From Candidatus Latescibacterota bacterium (lineage in GTDB: Bacteria > Latescibacterota > UBA2968 > UBA8231), in contig OZ242318.1 in assembly GCA_965208105.1 (NCBI GenBank), positions 2,528,001-2,592,000 of the forward strand: a stretch of DNA of 64,000 bases, written 5' to 3'. Under the pieces are notes generated by a model, which had not been told where the DNA came from, made no database searches, and saw only the letters and a program-made list of their open reading frames with translations. The translations under genes were made by a program, and so were the position numbers. Below, piece by piece: positions 60,567 through 64,000 of this stretch (position 1 is its first letter; each line of letters starts with the position of its first letter).

Positions 60567-61592
60567 ATGGATGGATCCGGAGTACTCCTGCAGGTAAACG
60601 AGTTGAAGAAGCACTTCCCTGTGCGCACGGGACTCTGGGGACGGGTGCGAGCCTATGTCAGAGCGGTAGACGGGGTGTCCTTCAATGTGCGCCAGGGAGA
60701 GACTCTGGGAGTTGTGGGAGAAAGCGGATGCGGCAAGACCACGCTGGGACGGCTTCTCCTGCGCCTGATCGAGGCCACCGCCGGAGAGGTCTTCTTCGAT
60801 GGAGTGGATCTGCTGCAGCTGGACAAGGGGACGATGCGCTCGAGGCGTCGGGAGATGCAGATCATTTTTCAGGACCCCTACAGTTCGCTGAACCCGCGCA
60901 TGACCGTGGGACGCATTATCGGCGAAGCACTGAAAATCCACCGTCTCGCCAGAGGCAAGGATCTTCATCGCCGCGTCAGCCAGTTGCTGGACATGGTCGG
61001 ACTGCCGGCGAGCCATTCCCGGAGGTATCCGCACGAATTCAGCGGAGGCCAGCGCCAGCGCATAGGCATTGCCCGGGCCCTGGCGGTCAGCCCGCAGTTC
61101 ATCGTCGCCGACGAGCCAGTGTCGGCCCTCGACGTGTCGATTCAAGCCCAGATTATCAACCTGCTGCAGGATTTGCAGCGCGACCTGGGGCTGACCTATC
61201 TTTTCATATCCCATGATCTCAGCGTTGTGGGGCACATCTGCGACCGGGTGGCAGTCATGTACCTGGGCCGAATTGTAGAAATGGCAACCCGCGATCAGCT
61301 CTACGCGGCACCCTCCCATCCCTACACTCGAGCATTGCTGTCCGCCGTTCCCGTGCCCGATCCGGGTTCGAAGCACCAGCGCCAGGTACTGCAGGGGGAC
61401 GTCCCCAATCCAGCCGCCGTACCTTCGGGCTGTCCATTTCATACCCGCTGCCCCGAGCGCCGGGATTTCTGCAGCGAGATCGTCCCCGAGCTCGCCAACC
61501 TCGGCAATGGACACCAGGTGGCGTGCCTGTTGCGCTATCCGGATAAGGAAAAACTCCGGGTGGGGGTTCCGGTGGAAGCGGCGGCCGAATAG
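60567..61592 (+). CDS. Oligopeptide ABC ATPase (OppF/DppF-like)
   Basis: [26 protein letters not shown]. Confidence 0.92.
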   Translation: MDGSGVLLQVNELKKHFPVRTGLWGRVRAYVRAVDGVSFNVRQGETLGVVGESGCGKTTLGRLLLRLIEATAGEVFFDGVDLLQLDKGTMRSRRREMQIIFQDPYSSLNPRMTVGRIIGEALKIHRLARGKDLHRRVSQLLDMVGLPASHSRRYPHEFSGGQRQRIGIARALAVSPQFIVADEPVSALDVSIQAQIINLLQDLQRDLGLTYLFISHDLSVVGHICDRVAVMYLGRIVEMATRDQLYAAPSHPYTRALLSAVPVPDPGSKHQRQVLQGDVPNPAAVPSGCPFHTRCPERRDFCSEIVPELANLGNGHQVACLLRYPDKEKLRVGVPVEAAAE

Positions 61593-61625
61593 CTTGGCAC
61601 ACACTCCAAAGAAGAAGAAAAGCTT

Positions 61626-63440
61626 ATGATGACCAAGTTGCGGGAACGCACCGCAATAATCCTATGGATCGTGATTTTCGCCTTCGTCGGCCTGATCGTG
61701 GTAGAGTGGGGGGCCGACTATTCCGGCTCGGGCTCGAACCCCGCCGGCGACGCCGTCGGCGTGGTCAACGGCGAGAAGATCACCCTGAAGCAGTTCCAGC
61801 AGGCTCTGCGTTTCGCCGCCCAACGACAGCGGGCAGCCGGAGAGGCATCAGACCAGGACGGACTCGTGCGAGAGTTGTGGGACGAGTTCGTCCGCGACGT
61901 TCTGGTGAGCCAGGAGATTGAGAGGCTGGGGATCGAGATAACGGACAAGGAGCTCGCGCTCGTCACCAGGACTCAACCTCCGCCGGCGGTGCAGAACATG
62001 GAAGTATTTCAGACCGAAGGAGTGTTCGATCCCGTCAAGTACAATCAATTTCTCAGCGATCCGACCACCTACAGCGATCCCAGGAACAAGTTCTTCGTCA
62101 TGCAGGTCGAAGACATAGTCCGGCAGCAATGGCTCAACTACCGGCTGCAAAACATCCTCAAGGAGACCGTGCAGGTGAGCCCCGCGGAACTGCGGGAGTA
62201 CTTCGAAGACCGCAATGAATTGGCGGAAGTGGAATACCTGTTCGTCCCCTCCAGCTCCATACCCGACGGCGAGGTGACCCTTAGCGAGGGAGACCTGGAA
62301 GCATATTTCCAGGAAAACGCGGAGGATTACCGCCACCCGGAGCAGATCCGCATCGAATTCGTGGCCTATCCAAAGACAGCCAGCGCCGAGGATTCGGCAC
62401 TCGTCGCCAAGGAAATCAGAACCCTGCGCAAGGAGATCCTCGCCGGCGCAGATTTCGAAGCCCTGGCCAAGTCGGTGTCCGAGGACGAGGGCTCGGCTGT
62501 AAACGGTGGCGACCTGGGGGTATTCGGACGCGGACGCATGGTGCAGGCCTTCGAGCAGGTTGCTTTCGAGCTGGAGCCGGGACAGGTCTCCGACCCGGTG
62601 ATGACCCCCTTCGGATGGCACCTCATCAAGGCCGAGGAACGCCTGGAGGAAGGGGGCCAGGAACAAATCCGGGCGCGCCACATTCTCCTCAAGATCAGTT
62701 CCTCCCGCCGGACCCAGGAGTCCCTGTCGGAAAAGGCCGAGGAGTTCCGCGAGGTTGCCGAGAACCTGGGATTTCTCGAGGCCGTCGGGGTTACCGGGAT
62801 GCAGGTTCGCGACAGCGGCTATCTGCAAAAGGGCCAGGCCGTACCCAGTCTGGGGCCCGACACGGCCTGGCTGGTCAACCAGTTCTTCGAAAGCGAGATG
62901 GGAATGGTAAGCCAGGTCCTCCAGAACGAGCGGTTTTTCTGGGTGGCGCAACTGAGCGAGCGCAGGGATGAGGGAGTGGCAGCCCTGGAAGAGGTGCGCC
63001 AGCAGGCCGAGCGCATGGCGCGACTGCAAAAAAAGGCCGAGATCTGCAGCCGCAGGCTGGAAGGGGTGCGCCAGCAGGTCCTGAGCGGCCGCACCCTGGA
63101 CCAGGCCGCGGCAGAGGAAAACCTGGAGGTGAGAAGGCCGGAACCGTTCGCCCGCAGTGAATCCGTTCCCGACGTAGGCCGCAGGAATGCCTTCGTCGGC
63201 GCCGCATTTCGCCTGGAACCCGGGGAGTTGAGCGAGGTCGTCACCCTTCCCCGGGGGGCTTATCTGCTCAGGTCGGTGGACAAGGTTGCCGCCGACGAGG
63301 ACCAGTTCCAGGCCGAGCGCGAGCAACTGGTGCAGCAGCTCCTGATGGAGCGCCAGAACGAGGTGCTGCAGACCTGGTTCACGCAGATTTTCCAATCGGC
63401 CGATATCCAGGATAATCGGCATCGATTCTTCACATTTTAG
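61626..63440 (+). CDS. SurA/PpiD-like peptidyl-prolyl isomerase
   Basis: N-terminal TM helix, SEDEGSAVNGGDLG, TPFGWHLI, ARHIL. Confidence 0.88.
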   Translation: MMTKLRERTAIILWIVIFAFVGLIVVEWGADYSGSGSNPAGDAVGVVNGEKITLKQFQQALRFAAQRQRAAGEASDQDGLVRELWDEFVRDVLVSQEIERLGIEITDKELALVTRTQPPPAVQNMEVFQTEGVFDPVKYNQFLSDPTTYSDPRNKFFVMQVEDIVRQQWLNYRLQNILKETVQVSPAELREYFEDRNELAEVEYLFVPSSSIPDGEVTLSEGDLEAYFQENAEDYRHPEQIRIEFVAYPKTASAEDSALVAKEIRTLRKEILAGADFEALAKSVSEDEGSAVNGGDLGVFGRGRMVQAFEQVAFELEPGQVSDPVMTPFGWHLIKAEERLEEGGQEQIRARHILLKISSSRRTQESLSEKAEEFREVAENLGFLEAVGVTGMQVRDSGYLQKGQAVPSLGPDTAWLVNQFFESEMGMVSQVLQNERFFWVAQLSERRDEGVAALEEVRQQAERMARLQKKAEICSRRLEGVRQQVLSGRTLDQAAAEENLEVRRPEPFARSESVPDVGRRNAFVGAAFRLEPGELSEVVTLPRGAYLLRSVDKVAADEDQFQAEREQLVQQLLMERQNEVLQTWFTQIFQSADIQDNRHRFFTF

Positions 63441-63463
63441 TTTTCAGTCAAGGAGGAGAGCAA

Positions 63464-64000
63464 ATGCCAGCGGAGCCCGAAAATACCAGGATCGGATTCG
63501 TCGGCCTGGGAATCATGGGCAGTCCCATGTCGAAGAACCTGATGAAAGCCGGCTACCGGCTGAAAGTATACAATCGCAGCGACCGTCCCGCCGTGCAGGA
63601 AGTGGTGGATGCCGGAGCGGAGCGCGTCGCCACCCCCAGGGCGGCGGCGGAAGGAAGCGATATCACCATAACCATGGTGACGGATTCTCCGGACGTGGAA
63701 GCCGTAATCATGGGCGATGACGGCATTATCCATGGGGCCGGCAGGGGATCGACGGTAATCGACATGAGCACCATTTCCCCGCGGTTGACCCGGGAAATCG
63801 CATCCGCGCTGAAAAAAAAGGGCGCGAACATGCTCGACGCACCGGTCAGCGGGGGCGATGTAGGAGCTATAAACGGCACCCTCTCGATCATGGTAGGCGG
63901 CGACCAGGCGGTTTTCGACGAATGCCTGCCGGTCTTCGAAGCCATGGGGAAAAACATCAACCTGATCGGCGGGCACGGCGCCGGACAGACCACCAAGCTG
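63464..64000 (+). CDS. garR: 2-hydroxy-3-oxopropionate reductase / NAD-dependent beta-hydroxyacid dehydrogenase (runs off the window)
   Basis: Manual translation: RIGFVGLGIMGSPMSKNL…DAPVSGG…GAGQTTKL; AGGAGG RBS. Confidence 0.8.
   Translation, partial: MPAEPENTRIGFVGLGIMGSPMSKNLMKAGYRLKVYNRSDRPAVQEVVDAGAERVATPRAAAEGSDITITMVTDSPDVEAVIMGDDGIIHGAGRGSTVIDMSTISPRLTREIASALKKKGANMLDAPVSGGDVGAINGTLSIMVGGDQAVFDECLPVFEAMGKNINLIGGHGAGQTTKL

Noticed and set aside
24214-63422. Long antisense or alternate-frame ORFs (e.g. 24214-25719, 43796-45535, 45373-47235, 61848-63422)
   Set aside because: Shadow ORFs of high-GC genes that have clear family motifs on the other strand.

Overview
High-GC bacterial window, inferred to be Latescibacterota/FCB-like from the FlgD-type 'NxPNPFN' C-terminal sorting domains, a PorV-like gene, and the many PhyH dioxygenases plus sulfatase and glycosidase genes. 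It has two halves. (1) About 1-23.2 kb is a mosaic accessory island. It is punctuated every 3-5.4 kb by six direct-repeat copies of the oriIS (3') end of an IS91/ISCR-family rolling-circle element, plus one oriIS from a second, related element. No copy encodes an intact transposase. Every retained oriIS ends at the same tetranucleotide-type junction (minus strand ...CCTATA|CTTC or CTTG). Between the copies lie unrelated cargo blocks: intact catabolic genes (glycosidases, a sulfatase, Fe/2OG dioxygenases, a DUF4838 secreted protein, GNAT, MBL hydrolase) mixed with about 11 truncated gene fragments of different sequence styles. The layout looks like a Helitron-/ISCR-like serial gene-capture array, although a chimeric assembly must be excluded. 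Four of the captured PhyH-fold enzymes carry HxA/HxG instead of HxD, the signature of Fe/2OG halogenases. (2) About 23.3-64 kb is core genome: sfsA, lhr, gatA, tatA, pssA, psd, htrA, truA, an ABC transporter, xerD, ogt, uvrC, ndk, rpmF-fabHDG-acpP-fabF-rnc, oppDF, a SurA-like PPIase and garR. I found no rRNA, tRNA or CRISPR array. All assignments come from motif recognition by eye; no searches were run.
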